From: Heterodontus francisci
Taxonomy: Eukaryota
DNA length: 64,000 nt
Direction: 5' to 3'
Assembly (NCBI RefSeq): GCF_036365525.1
Contig: NW_027140800.1
Location: 1,178,001-1,242,000 of the forward strand
The position numbers and the translations under genes were made by a program. Of this stretch, positions 1 to 49,317 are shown piece after piece. Position 1 is the first letter of the stretch. Every line of letters begins with the position of its first letter. Under the pieces are notes generated by a model. That model made no database searches, was not told the DNA's origin, and saw nothing but the letters and a program-made list of their open reading frames with translations.

Positions 1-27214
<27,214 letters not shown>

Positions 27215-27544
27215 GGCCTTTCATTGCAGCAGCTTTTTCGGGAGCAGAGAGTGAGCTAGTGAGCAGCTGGGAAGCTCAGTTTGAAAGTAAATTTAATTTC
27301 CTTTTGTTTTTCGGCGGAGGCCAGGGGGCTGCTGGGTAAGTAAAACACTATATATTTGGGCGGTTTCTGAACCCGAGACACCACATTTGTCGTGTCTCCC
27401 ACCCGCCCTCCTCCTCTAACCAAAAAAAAAGGACTCGGTGGGGTGTTTATAAGGTAAGGCTTTTTCGATTTCTCTGGTTTTATTGTGATTGGTAAAAACT
27501 TTTCGTTCCTTTTTCATTTAACTAAGTTAAGCTTAAGATTAAAA
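27215..27544 (+). promoter_or_regulatory. CR1 5' UTR / putative internal Pol II promoter
   Basis: Non-satellite sequence upstream of the ORF1 ATG, with GC boxes (GGGCGG ~27358, CCCGCCC ~27402) and ATTGG ~27488. Promoter function is inferred from general LINE biology. Confidence 0.5.
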
Positions 27545-28492
27545 ATGGCAGGAGATCTCAGACCCGTGTCATGCTCCTCTTGCTCAATGTGGGAGCTCAG
27601 GGACACGGCTGATGTCCCTGACTCCTTCACGTGCAGTAAGTGTGTCCAGCTGCAGCTCTTGTTAGACCGCATGACGGCTCTCGAGCTGCGGATGGACTCA
27701 CTTTGGAGCATGCGCGATGCTGAGGAGGTCGTGGATTGCACGTTTAGTGAATTGGTCACACCGCAGATTAGGATTGCTGAGGGAGAAAGGGAATGGGTGA
27801 CCAAAAGGCAGAGAAAGAGCAGGAAGGCAGCGCAGGAGTCCCCTGCGGTCTTCTCCCTCCAAAACAAGTATACCGTTTTGGATACTGTTGGGGGAGATGG
27901 CTCACCAGGGGAAGGCAGCAGTAGCCAGGTCCATGGCACCGTGGCTGGCTCTGCTGTTCAGTAGGGCGGGAAAAAGAGTGGAAGGGCTATAGTCGTAGGG
28001 GATTCTTTTGTAAGGGGAGTAGATAGGCGGTTCTGTGGTCGAAAACGAGGCTCCCGAATGGTATGTTGCCTCCCAGGTGCACGGGTCAGGGATGTCTCAG
28101 ATCGGCTGCAGAACATTCTAAAGGGGGAGGGTGAACAGCCAGTTGTCATTGTGCACATAGGCACTAATGATATAGGTAAAAAACGGGATGAGGTCCTACA
28201 AGCAGAGTTTAGGGAGTTAGGAGCCAAGTTAAAAAGTAGGACCTCAGAGGTAGTAATCTCAGGATTACTACCAGTGCCACGTGATAGTCAGAGTAAAAAT
28301 GAAAGAATAGTCAGGATGAATGCGTGGCTTGAGAGATGGTGCAGGAAGGAGGGGTTCAGATTTTTGGGACATTGGGACCGGTTCTGGGGGAGGTGGGACT
28401 ATTACAAATTGGACGGTCTACACCTGGGCCGGACTGGAACCAATGTCCTTGGAGGTGCTTTTGCTAACGCTGTTGGGGAGGGTTTAAACTAA
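27545..28492 (+). pseudogene. CR1 ORF1 (Cys4 zinc finger/leucine zipper + SGNH/GDSL esterase), one in-frame stop
   Basis: MAGDLRPVSCSSC..CSKC followed by a Leu-rich coil LQLLLDRMTALELRMDSL. After TAG at 27962-27964 the same frame continues AIVVGDS...LPGA...HIGTND...DGLHL (SGNH blocks) to TAA at 28490-28492. Confidence 0.92.
28483..28489 (+). promoter_or_regulatory. Candidate -1 ribosomal frameshift heptamer T_TTA_AAC at the ORF1/ORF2 junction
   Basis: ORF1 ends GGT TTA AAC TAA. The -1 frame TTT AAA CTA ATG TGG is ORF2. The motif fits X_XXY_YYZ; its function is inferred. Confidence 0.5.
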
Positions 28493-31446
28493 TGTGGCAG
28501 GGGGATGGGAACCAATTGAGGTCAGTTGACAGTAAGGAGTTAGTAACAAAAGCTTGTAAGGAACTAGATAATGAAGTCAGTGTGACTAAGGGGAAGAACA
28601 GGCAGGGAGCAGATGATGAATATAAAGGGACTGGTGGTCTGAGGTGCATTTGTTTTAATGCAAGAAGTGTAGTAGGTAAGGTAGATGAACTTAGGGCTTG
28701 GATTAGTACCTGGGAGTATGATGTTATTGCTATTACTGAGACTTGGTTGAGGGAAGGGCATGATTGGCAACTAAATATCCCAGGATATCGATGCTTCAGG
28801 CGGGATAGAGAGGGAGGTAAAAGGGGTGGAGGAGTTGCATTACTGGTCAAAGAGGATATCACAGCTGTGCTGAAGGAGGGCACTATGGAGGACTCGAGCA
28901 GTGAGGCAATATGGACAGAACTCAGAAATAGGAAGGGTGCGGTAACAATGTTAGGGCTGTACTACAGGCCTCCCAACAGCGAGCGTGAGATAGAGGTACA
29001 AATATGTAAACAGATTATGGAAAGATGTAGGAGCAACAGGGTGGTGGTGATAGGAGATTTTAATTTTCCCAACATTGACTGGGATTCGCTTAGTGTTAGA
29101 GGTCCAGGTGGAGCAGAATTTGTAAGGAGCATCCAGGAAGGTTTTCTAGAGCAGTATGTAAATAGTCCAACTCGGGAAGGGGCCATACTAGACCTGGTGT
29201 TGGGGAATGAGCCCGGCCAGGCTGTTGAAGTTTCAGTAGGGGACTACTTTGAGAATAGTGATCACAATTCCGTAAGCTTTAAAATACTCATGGACAAAGA
29301 CGAGAGTGGTCCTAAAGGAAGAGTGCTAATTTGGGGGAAGGCCAACTATACCAAAATTCGGCAGGAGCTGGGAAATGTAGATTGGGAGCAGCTGTTTGAA
29401 GGTAAATCCACATGTGATATGTGGGAGGCTTTTAAAGAGAGGTTGATTAGCGTTCAGGAGAGACATGTTCCTGTGAAAATGAGGGATAAAAATGGCAAGA
29501 TTAGGGAACCATGGATGACAGGTGAAATTGTGAGACTAGCTAAGAGGAAAAAGGAAGCATACATAAGGTGTAGGCGGCTGATGAAAGACGAAGCTTTGAA
29601 AGAATATCGGGAATGTAGGACCAATCTGAAACGAGGAATTAAGAGGGCTAAAAGGGGTCATGAAATATCTTTAGCAAACAGGGTTAAGGAAAATCCCAAA
29701 GCCTTTTATTCATATATAAGGAGAAAGAGGGTAACTAGAGAAAGGATTGGCCCACTAAAGGACAAAGGAGGAATGTTATGCTTGGACTCAGAGAAAATGG
29801 GTGAGATTCTAAACGAGTACTTTGCATCGGTATTCACCGAGGAGAGGGACATGACGGATGTTGAGGTTAGGAACAGATGTTTGATTACTCTAGGTCAAGT
29901 CGGCATAAGGAGGGAGGAAGTGTTGGGTATTCTAAAGGGCATTAAGGTGGACAAGTCCCCAGGTCCGGATGGGATCTATCCCAGGTTACTGAGGGAAGCG
30001 AGAGAGGAAATAGCTGGGGCCTTAACAGATATCTTTGCAGCATCCTTAAACATGGGTGAGGTCCCGGAGGACTGGAGAATTGCTAATGTTGTCCCCTTGT
30101 TTAAGAAGGGTAGCAGGGATAATCCACGTAATTATAGACCGGTGAGCCTGACGTCAGTGGTAGGGAAGCTGCTGGAGAAGATACTGAGGGATAGGATCTA
30201 TTCCCATTTGGAAGAAAATGGGCTCATCAGTGATAGGCAACATGGTTTTGTGCAGGGAAGGTCATGTCTTACCAACTTAATAGAATTCTTTGAGGAAGTG
30301 ACAACGTTGATTGATGAGGGAAGGGCTGTCGATGTCATATACATGGACTTCAGTAAGGCGTTTGATAAGGTTCCCCATGGCAGGCTGATGGAGAAAGTGA
30401 AGGCGCTTGGGGTCCAAGGTGTACTAGCTAGATGGATAAAGAACTGGCTGGGCAACAGGAGACAGAGAGTAGCAGTAGAAGGGAGTTTCTCAAAATGGAG
30501 ACGTGTGACCAGTGGTGTTCCACAGGGATCCGTGCTGGGACCACTGTTGTTTGTGATATACATTAATGATTTGGAGGAAAGTATAGGTGGACTGATTAGC
30601 AAGTTTGCAGACGACACTAATATTGGTGGAGTAGCAGATCGTGAAGGGGACTGTCAGAGAATACAGCAGAATGTAGATAGATTAGAGAGTTGGGCAGAGA
30701 AATGGTAGATGGAGTTCAATCAGGGCAAATGCGAGGTGATGCATTTTGGAAGATCCAATTCAAGAGTGAACTATACAGTAAATGGAAAAGTCCTGGGGAA
30801 AATTGATGTCCAGAGAGATTTGGGTGTTCAGGTCCACTGTTCCCTGAAGGTGGCAACGCAGGTAAATAGAGTGGTCAAGAAGGCATACGGCATGCTTTCC
30901 TTCATCGGACGGGGCATTGAGTACAAGAGTTGGCAGGTCATGTTACAGTTGTATAGGACTTTGGTTCGGCCACATTTGGAATACTGCGTACAGTTCTGGT
31001 CGCCACATTATCAAAAGGATGTGGATGCTTTGGAGAGGGTGCAGAGGAGGTTCACCAGGATGTTGCCTGGTATGGAGGGCGCTAGCTATGAAGAGAGGTT
31101 GAGCAGATTAGGATTATTTTCATTAGAAAGACGGAGGTTGAGGGGGGACCTGATTGAGGTGTACAAAATCATGAGAGGTATAGACAGAGTGGACAGCAAG
31201 AGGATTTTTCCCAGAGAGGGGGTTTCAATTACTAGAGGACACGAGTTCAAAGTGAAAGGGGAAATGTTTAGGGGGGATATGCGTGGAAGGTTCTTTACGC
31301 AGAGGGTGGTGGGCACCTGGAACGCGTTGCCAGCGGAGGTGGTAGACGCGGGCACGATGGAGTCTTTTAAGATGTATCTAGACAGATACATGAATGGGCA
31401 GGAAGAAAAGAGATACAGAACCTTAGAAAATAGGCGACATGTTTAG
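28492..31446 (+). pseudogene. CR1 ORF2 (AP-like endonuclease + reverse transcriptase), one in-frame stop
   Basis: Endonuclease motifs FNARS, ITETW, GDFN, LDL, SDH; RT motifs NYRPVSLTS, DFSKAFD, GVPQGSVLGP, FADD; CR1-type C-terminus RPHLEYC..WSP. TAG at 30706-30708 replaces Gln (KW*MEFN versus RWQMEFN in the other copies). Confidence 0.95.
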
Positions 31447-31458
31447 AGAGAGGATCTG

Positions 31459-31528
31459 GATCGGCGCAGGCTTGGAGGGCCGAAGGGCCTGTTCCTGTGC
31501 TGTAATTATCTTTGTTCTTTGTTCTTTG
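31459..31528 (+). other. CR1 3' UTR conserved stem-loop and (TCTTTGT)3 tail
   Basis: GATCGGCGCA...GGCC-GAAG-GGCC hairpin (31478-31489), shared with the other two elements; 7-bp tail repeats at 31509-31528. Confidence 0.8.
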
Positions 31529-33683
31529 AGATTCACTCAGTTATCCTGCCTGCTGCTACATCAGTGAGTTCACACTGGGGAGAGACGGTTCATCTGCTCA
31601 GAGTGTCGGAAGAGATTCACTCAGTCATTCTACCTTTTGATGCACCAGTGAGTTCACACTGGCGAGAGACCAGTCAGCTGCTCAGAGTGTGGGATGAGAT
31701 TCACTCAGTCATCCTGTCTGCTGATACACCAGTGTGTTCACACTTGGCAGAGTCCGTTCACCTGTTCACAGGGTGGGATTTGATTCACTCAGTCATCCTA
31801 CCTGCTGATACACCAGTGAGTTCACACAGGGGAGAGACCGTTCACCTGCTCGGAGTGATGGATGAGATTCACTCAGTCATTCTACCTGCTGATACACCAG
31901 TGAGTTCACAATGGGGAGAGACTTTTCACCTGCTCAGAGTGTGGACAGAGATTCACTTAGTCATCCTACCTGCTGATACACCACTGAGTTAACACTGGGG
32001 AGAGACCGTTCACCTTTTCAGAGTGTCGGAAAAGATTCACTCAGTCATCCTGCCTTCTGATACACCAGTGAGTTCACACTGGGGAGAGACAATTGACCTG
32101 CTCAGAGTCTGGTAGGAAATTCACTCAGTCATCCTATCTGCTGAAACAACAGTGAGTTCACAATGGGGAGAGACCATTCACCTGCTCAGAATGTGGGAAT
32201 AGATTCACTCAGTCATCCAACCTGCTGATATACCAGTACTTCACTTTGGGGAGAGACCGTTCACCTTTCAGAGTGTCGGAAAAGATTCACTCAGTCATCC
32301 TGCCTTCTGATACACCAGTGAGTTCACACTGGGGAGAGTCCATTCAGCTGCTCAGAGTGTGGGATGAGATTCACTCAGTCATCCTGCCTGCTGAAACACC
32401 AGTCAATTCACACATGGGAGAGACCGTTCACCTGTTCAGAGTGTGGGACGGGATTCACTCTGTCATCCTACCTGCTGATACACCAGTGAGTTCACACAGG
32501 TGAGAGACCTTTCACCTGCTCAGAGTTTTGGATGAGATTCACTCAGTCATCCTACCTGCTGATACACCAGTGAGTTCACACTGGGGAGAGACCATTCAGC
32601 AGCTCAGAGTCAGTTTGGAGATTCACTCAGTCATCCTGCCTGCTGTTACACCATTGAGTTCACAAAAGGGGAGAGACCATTCACCTGCTCAGAGTGTGGG
32701 AAGAGATTCACTCAGTCATCATAACTGCTGATACAACAGTGATTTGACAATGGGGACAGACCGTTCACGAGCTCAGAGTGTGGGCAAGAGATTCACTCTG
32801 TCATCCTACCTGCTGATACACCAGTGAGTTGACACTGGGGAGAGAGAGTTCACCTACTCTGAGTGTGGACAGAGATTCACTCAGTCATCCGACCAGCTGA
32901 TACACCAGTGAGTTATCACTGGGGAGAGACCGTTCAACTGCTCAGAGTGTCGGAAGAGATTCACTCAGTCATCCTACCTTCTGAGACACCAGTGAGTTCA
33001 CACTGGGGAGAGACCATTCACCTTTTCAGAGTGTGGAAGGGATTCACTCAATCATCCTACCTGCTGACAAACCAGTGAGTTCATACTGGGGAGAGACCGT
33101 TCACCTGCTCCAAGTGTGGGAAGAGATTCACTCAGTCATCCTACCTGCAGATATACATGTGATTTCACATTGGGGAGAGACCGTTCACCAGCTCAGTGTT
33201 CGGGAAGAGGTTCACTCAGTCATCCTACCTGCTGATACACCAGTGCGTTCACACTGGGGAGAGACGATACCCCTATCAGACTGTTGGAAAGGATTTACTC
33301 AGTCATCCTACCTGCTGATACACCAGTGAGTTCACACTGGGGAGAGAAGATTCACCTGCTCAGAGTCAGGTAGTAGATTCACTCAGTCATCCTAACTGCT
33401 GATACAACAGTGATTTGACAATGGGGACATACCGTTCACCTGCTCAGAGTGTGGGAAGAGATTCACTCAGTCATCCAACCTGCTGATATACCAGTGAGTT
33501 CACACTGGGGAGAGACCGTTCACCTCCACAGAGAGTCGGAAGAGATTCACTCAGCCATCCTACCTTCTGATACACCAGTGAGTTCACACCGGGGGGAGAC
33601 CATTCAGCTGCTCAGAGTGTGGGATGAGATTCACTCAGTCATCCTGCCTGCTGATACACCAGTGAGTTCACACTTGGGAGAGA
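31529..33683 (+). repeat. ZNF-derived 84-bp satellite, segment 2
   Basis: Same monomer, lying between the first and second LINE insertions. Confidence 0.97.
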
Positions 33684-35714
33684 GTATGTACCTGTCAGGC
33701 AGGGAGGAAGTTGTCGAGCGAGGGAGCCGTGGTTTACTCAAGAAGTTGAAGCGCTTGTCAAGAGGAAGAGGGCGGCTTATGTTAGGATGAGACGTGAAGG
33801 CTCAGTTAGGGCGCTTGAGAGTTACAAGCTAGCCAGGAAGGATCTAAAGGGAGGGCTAAGAAGAGCAAGGAGAGGACACGAGAAGTCATTGGCGGATAGG
33901 ATCAAAGAAAACCCTAAGGCTTTCTATAGGTATATCAGGAATAAACGAATGATAAGAGTTAGAACAGGGCCAATCAAGGATAGTAGTGGGAAGTTGTGTG
34001 CGGAATCAGAGGAGATAGGGGAAGCGTTAAATGAATATTTTTCGTCAGTATTTACAGTAGAGAAAGAAAATGTTGCCGAGGAGATTACTGAGATACAGCC
34101 TACTAGGCTAGATGGGATTGAGATTCACAAGGAGGAGGTGTTAGCAATTTTGGAAAGAGTGAAAATAGATAAGTCCCCTGGGCCAGATGGGATTTATCCT
34201 AGGATTCTCTGGGAAGCCAGGGAGGAGATTGCAGAGCCGTTGTTGTTGATCTTTAAGTCGTCATTGTCGACAGGAGTAGTGCCGGAGGACTGGAGGATAG
34301 CAAATGTTGTCCCCTTGTTCAAGAAGGGGAGTAGAGACAGCCCTGGTAATTATAGACCTGTGAGCCTTACCTCGGTTGTGGGTAAAATGTTGGAAAAGGT
34401 TATAAGAGACAGGATTTATAATCATCTTGAAAAGAATAAGTTCATTTGCGATAGTCAGCACGGTTTTGTGAAAGGTAGGTCGTGCCTCACAAACCTTATT
34501 GAGTTTTTCGAGAAGGTGACCAAACAGGTGGATGAGGGTAAAGCCGTGGATGTGGTGTATATGGATTTCAGTAAGGCGTTTGATAAGGTTCCCCACGGTA
34601 GGCGATTGCAGAAAATACGCAAGTATGGGGTTGAAGGTGATTTAGAGCTTTGGATCAGAAATTGGCTAGCTGAAAGAAGACAGAGGGTGGTGGTTGATGG
34701 CAAATGTTCATCCTGGAGTTTAGTTACTAGTGGTGTACCGCAAGGTTCTGTTTTGGGGCCACTGCTGTTTGTCATTTTTATAAACGACCTGGATGAGGGT
34801 GTAGAAGGGTGGGTTAGTAAATTTGCGGATGACACGAAGGTCGGTGGAGTTGTGGATAGTGTCGAAGGGTGTTGTAGGGTACAGAGGGACATAGATAGGC
34901 TGCAGAGCTGGGCTGAGAGATGGCAAATGGAGTTTAATGCGGAGAAGTGTGAGGTGATTCACTTTGGAAGGAGTAACAGCAATGCAGAGTACTGGGCTAA
35001 TGGGAAGATTCTTGGTAGTGTAGATGAGCAGAGAGATCTTGGTATCCAGGTACATGAATCCCTGAAAGTTGCTACCCAGGTTAATAGGGCTGTTAAGAAG
35101 GCATATGGTGTGTTAGCCTTTATTAGTAGGGGGATCGAGTTTCGGAGCCACGGGGTCATGATGCAGCTGTACAAAACTCTGGTGAGGCCGCACCTGGAGT
35201 ATTGCGTGCAATTCTGGTCACCGCATTATAGGAAGGATGTCGAAGCTTTGGAAAGGGTGCAGAGGAGATTTACTAGGATGTTGCCTGGTATGGAAGGAAG
35301 GTCTTACGAGGAAAGGCTGAGGGACTTGGGGTTGTTTTCGTTAGAGAGAAGGAGGAGGAGAGGTGACTTAATAGAGACATACAAGATAATCAGAGGGTTA
35401 GATAGGGTGGATAGTGAGAGTCTTTTTCCTCGGATGAGGATGGCAAACACGAGGGGACATAGCTTTAAGTTGAGGGGTGAAAGATATAGGACAGATGTCA
35501 GAGGTAGTTTCTTGACGCAGAGAGTAGTAGGGGCGTGGAACGCCCTGCCTGCAACAGTAGTAGACTCGCCAACTTTAAGGGCATTTAAGTGGTCATTGGA
35601 TAGACATATGGATGTAAATGGAATAGTGTAGGTCAGATGATCGGCGCAACATCGAGGGCCGAAGGGCCTGTACTGCGCTGTAATATTCTAATTCTAATTC
35701 TAATTCTAATTCTA
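33684..35714 (+). mobile_element. CR1-clade LINE, 5'-truncated, subfamily B (copy 1)
   Basis: Starts in mid-ORF2 (YVPVRQGG). Has the 3' hairpin at 35657-35668 and an (ATTCTA)5 tail at 35685-35714. Colinear with 61279-63303 at offset 27595. Confidence 0.95.
33685..35631 (+). pseudogene. Uninterrupted but 5'-truncated CR1 ORF2 (RT domain, no endonuclease)
   Basis: Open frame with NYRPVSLTS, DFSKAFD, GVPQGSVLGP, FADDTK, RPHLEYC. The endonuclease domain was lost by truncation. Confidence 0.9.
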
Positions 35715-38700
35715 ATTCACTTATTCAGAGTGTGGGAAGGGATTCACACAATCATCCTACCTGCTGTTACACCAGTGAGTTCATACTGGGGCGAGACCGT
35801 TCACCTGCTCATAGTGTGGGAAGAGATTCACTCAGTCGTCCTACCTTCTGGTATATCAGTGATTTCACATTGGGGAGAGACCGTTCACCAGCTCAGTGTA
35901 CGGGAAGAGGTTCACTCAATCTTCCTACCTGCTGATACACCAGTGAGTTCACACTGGGGAGATACCATTCACCTGCTCAGAGTCTGGTAGGAGATTCACT
36001 CAGAAATCCTACCCGCTGTAACAACAGTGAGTTCACAATGGGGAGAGACCATTCACCTGCTCAGAGTCTGGTAGGAGATTCACTCAGACATCCAACTTGC
36101 TGATACACCAGTGAGTTCACACTGGGGAGAGACCGTTCACCTGCTCAGAGTGTTGGATGAGATTCACTCAGTCATCCTGCCTGCTGTTGTAAAAGTGAGT
36201 TCACACTGGGGAGAGACCATTCACCTGCTCAGAGTCTGGTAGGAGATACAGTCAGTCATTCTACCTGCTGAATCAACAATGAGTTCACAATGGGGAGAGA
36301 CCATTCACCTGCTCAGAGTGTGGGAATAGAATCACTCAGTCATCCTGACTGCTGATACAACAGTGAGTTGACAATGGGGACAGACCGTTCACCTGCTCAG
36401 AGTGTGGGAAGTGATTCACTCAGTCATCCAACCTGCTGATATACCAGTGAGTTTACACTGGGGAGAGACCGTTCAACTCATCAGAGTGTCGGAAGAGATT
36501 CACTCAGTCACCTTACCTTCTGATACACCAGTGAGTTCACACTTGGGAGAGACCGTTCACCTGTTCAGAGTGTGGGAAGGGATTCACTCAGTCATCCTAC
36601 CTGCTGATACACCAGTGAGTTCACACTGGGAAGAGACCAGTCCCCTCTCAGAGTGTAGGAAAGGATTTACTCAGTCATCCTACCTGCTGATACAACAGTG
36701 AGTTCACACTGGGGACAGACCATTCACGTGCTCAGAGTCTGGTTGGAGATTCACTCAGACATCCTACCTGCTGAAACTAAAGTGAGTTCACAATGGGGAG
36801 AGACCATTCATCTGCTCAGAGTGTTGGAAGTGATTCACTGAGTCATCCAACCTGCTGATACACCAGTGAGTTCACACTGGGGAGAGACCGTTCACCCGCT
36901 CAGAGTGTCGGAAGAGATTCACTCAGTCATCCTCCCCTCTGATACACCAGTGAGTTCACACTGGGGAAAGACCATTCAACTGCTCAGACTGTGGGATGAG
37001 ATTCACTCAGTCATCCTACCCGCTGATACACCAGTGAGTTATCACTGGGGAGAGACCGTTAACCTTTTCAGAGTGTGGGTGGGATTCACTCAGTCATCCT
37101 ACCTGTTGATACACCAGTGAGTTCACACTGGGGAGAGACCGTTCACCCGCTCAGTGTGTCGGAAGAGATGCACTCAGTCATCCTCCCCTCTGATACACCA
37201 GTGAGTTCACACTGGGGAGAGACCATTCACCTGCTCAGAGTGTGGGAAGAGAATCACTCAGTCATCCTGACTGCTGATACAACAGTGTGTTGACAATGGG
37301 GACAGACCGTTCATCTGCTCAGAGTGTGCGAAGACATTCACTCAGTCATCCAACCTGCTGATATACCAGTGAGTTTACACTGGGGAGAGACCGTTTACCT
37401 CATCAGACTGTCGGAAGAGATTCAATCAGTCATCCTACCTTCTGATACACCAGTGATTTCACGCTGGGGAGAGACCATTCAGCTGCTCAGAGTATGGGAT
37501 GAGATTCACTCAGTCATCCTCCCCTCTGATACACCAGTGAGTTCACACTGGGGAGAGACCATTCAACTGCTCAGACTGTGGGATGAGATTCACTCAGTCT
37601 TCCAAACTGCTGATACACTAGTGAGTTCACACTGGGGAGAGACCTTTCACCTGCTCTGATTGTGGGAAAGAGATTCACTCTGTCATCCTACCTACTGATA
37701 AACCAGTGAGTTAACACTGGGGAGAGACCGTTCACCTGCTCAGAGTGTGGACGGAGATTCACTCAGTCATCCTACCCGCTGATACACCAGTGAGTTATCA
37801 CTGGGGAGAGACCGTTCACCTTTTCAGAGTGTGGGTGGTATTCACTCAGTCATCCTACCTGTTGATACACCAGTGAGTTCACACTGGGGAGAGACCGTTC
37901 ACCCGCTCAGAGTGTCGGAAGAGATGCACTCAGTCATCCTCCCCTCTGATACACCAGTGAGTTCACACTGGGGAGAGACCATTCACCTGCTCAGAGTGTG
38001 GGAAGAGAATCACTCAGTCATCCTGACTGCTGATACAACAGTGAGTTGACAATGGGGACAGACCGTTCATCTGCTCAGAGTGTGGGAAGAGATTCACTCA
38101 GTCATCCAACCTGCTGATATACCAGTGAGTTTACACTGGGGAGAGACCGTTCACCTCGTCAGACTGTCGGAAGAGATTCAATCAGTCATCCTACCTGCTG
38201 ATACACCAGTGAGTTCACACTGGAGAGAGACCGATCACCTGCTCTGAGTGTGGAAGGGATTCACTCAGTCATCCTGCCTGCTGAGATACCAGTGAGTTCA
38301 CACTTGGGAGAGACCGTTCACCTATTCAGAGTGTGGGAAGGGATTCACTCAGTCATCCTACCTGCTGATACACCAGTGAGTTCACACTGGGAAGAGACCG
38401 ATCACCTGCTCTGAGTGTGGAAGGGATTCACTCAGTCATCCTGCCTGCTGAGATACCAGAGAGTTCACACTGGGGAGAGACCGATCACCTGCTCAGAGTG
38501 TGGAAGGGATTCACTAAGTCATTCTACCTGCTGATACACCAGTGGGTTCACACTGGGAAGAGACCAGTCCGCTCTCAGAGTGTAGGGAAGTAATTACTCA
38601 GTCATCCTACCTGCTGATACAACAGTGAGTTCACACTGGGGAGAGACCATTCACGTGCTCAGAGTCTGGTTGGAGATTCACTCAGACATCCTACCTGCTG

Positions 38701-39216
38701 AAACAACAGTGAGTTCACAATGGGGAGAGACTATTCATCTGCTCAGAGTGTGGGAAGTGATTCACTGAGTCATCCAACCTGCTGATACACCAGTGAGTTC
38801 ACACTGGGGAGAGACCGTTCACCCGCTCAGAGTGTCGGATGAGATTCACTCAGTCATCCTCCCCTCTGATACACCAGTGAGTTCACACTGGGGAGAGACC
38901 ATTCAACTGCTCAGACTGTGGGATGAGATTCACTCACTCTTCCAAACTGCTGATACAACAGTGAGTTCACACTGGGGAGAGACCTTTCACCTGCTCTGAG
39001 TGTGGGAAAGAGATTCACTCTGTCATCCTACCTGCTGATAAACCAGTGAGTTAACACTGGGGAGGGACCGTTCACCTGCTCAGAGTGTGGACGGAGATTC
39101 ACTCAGTCATCCTACCTGCTGATACACCAGTGAGTTATCACTGGGGAGAGACCGTTCACCTTTTCAGAGTGTGGGTGGGATTCACTCAGTCATCCTACCT
39201 GTTGATACACCAGTGA

Positions 39217-49317
<10,101 letters not shown>

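Larger units (their letters stand above)
27215..31528 (+). mobile_element. CR1-clade non-LTR retrotransposon (LINE), near full-length, subfamily A, inactivated
   Basis: Contains a ~330-bp 5' UTR, ORF1 (zinc finger/leucine zipper + SGNH esterase), ORF2 (APE endonuclease + RT), a 3' stem-loop and a (TCTTTGT)n tail instead of poly(A). Each ORF has one premature TAG. Confidence 0.95.

Noticed and set aside
27514-35174. Minus-strand ORFs within the LINEs (also 60459-62650)
   Set aside because: They are antisense shadows of the ORF1/ORF2 coding frames with no independent motifs.
33449-35990. Chimeric ORFs across LINE junctions (33449-33790, 35637-35990 with ILILIL; also 31519-31992)
   Set aside because: These are chance read-through between satellite and LINE or tail microsatellite sequence.
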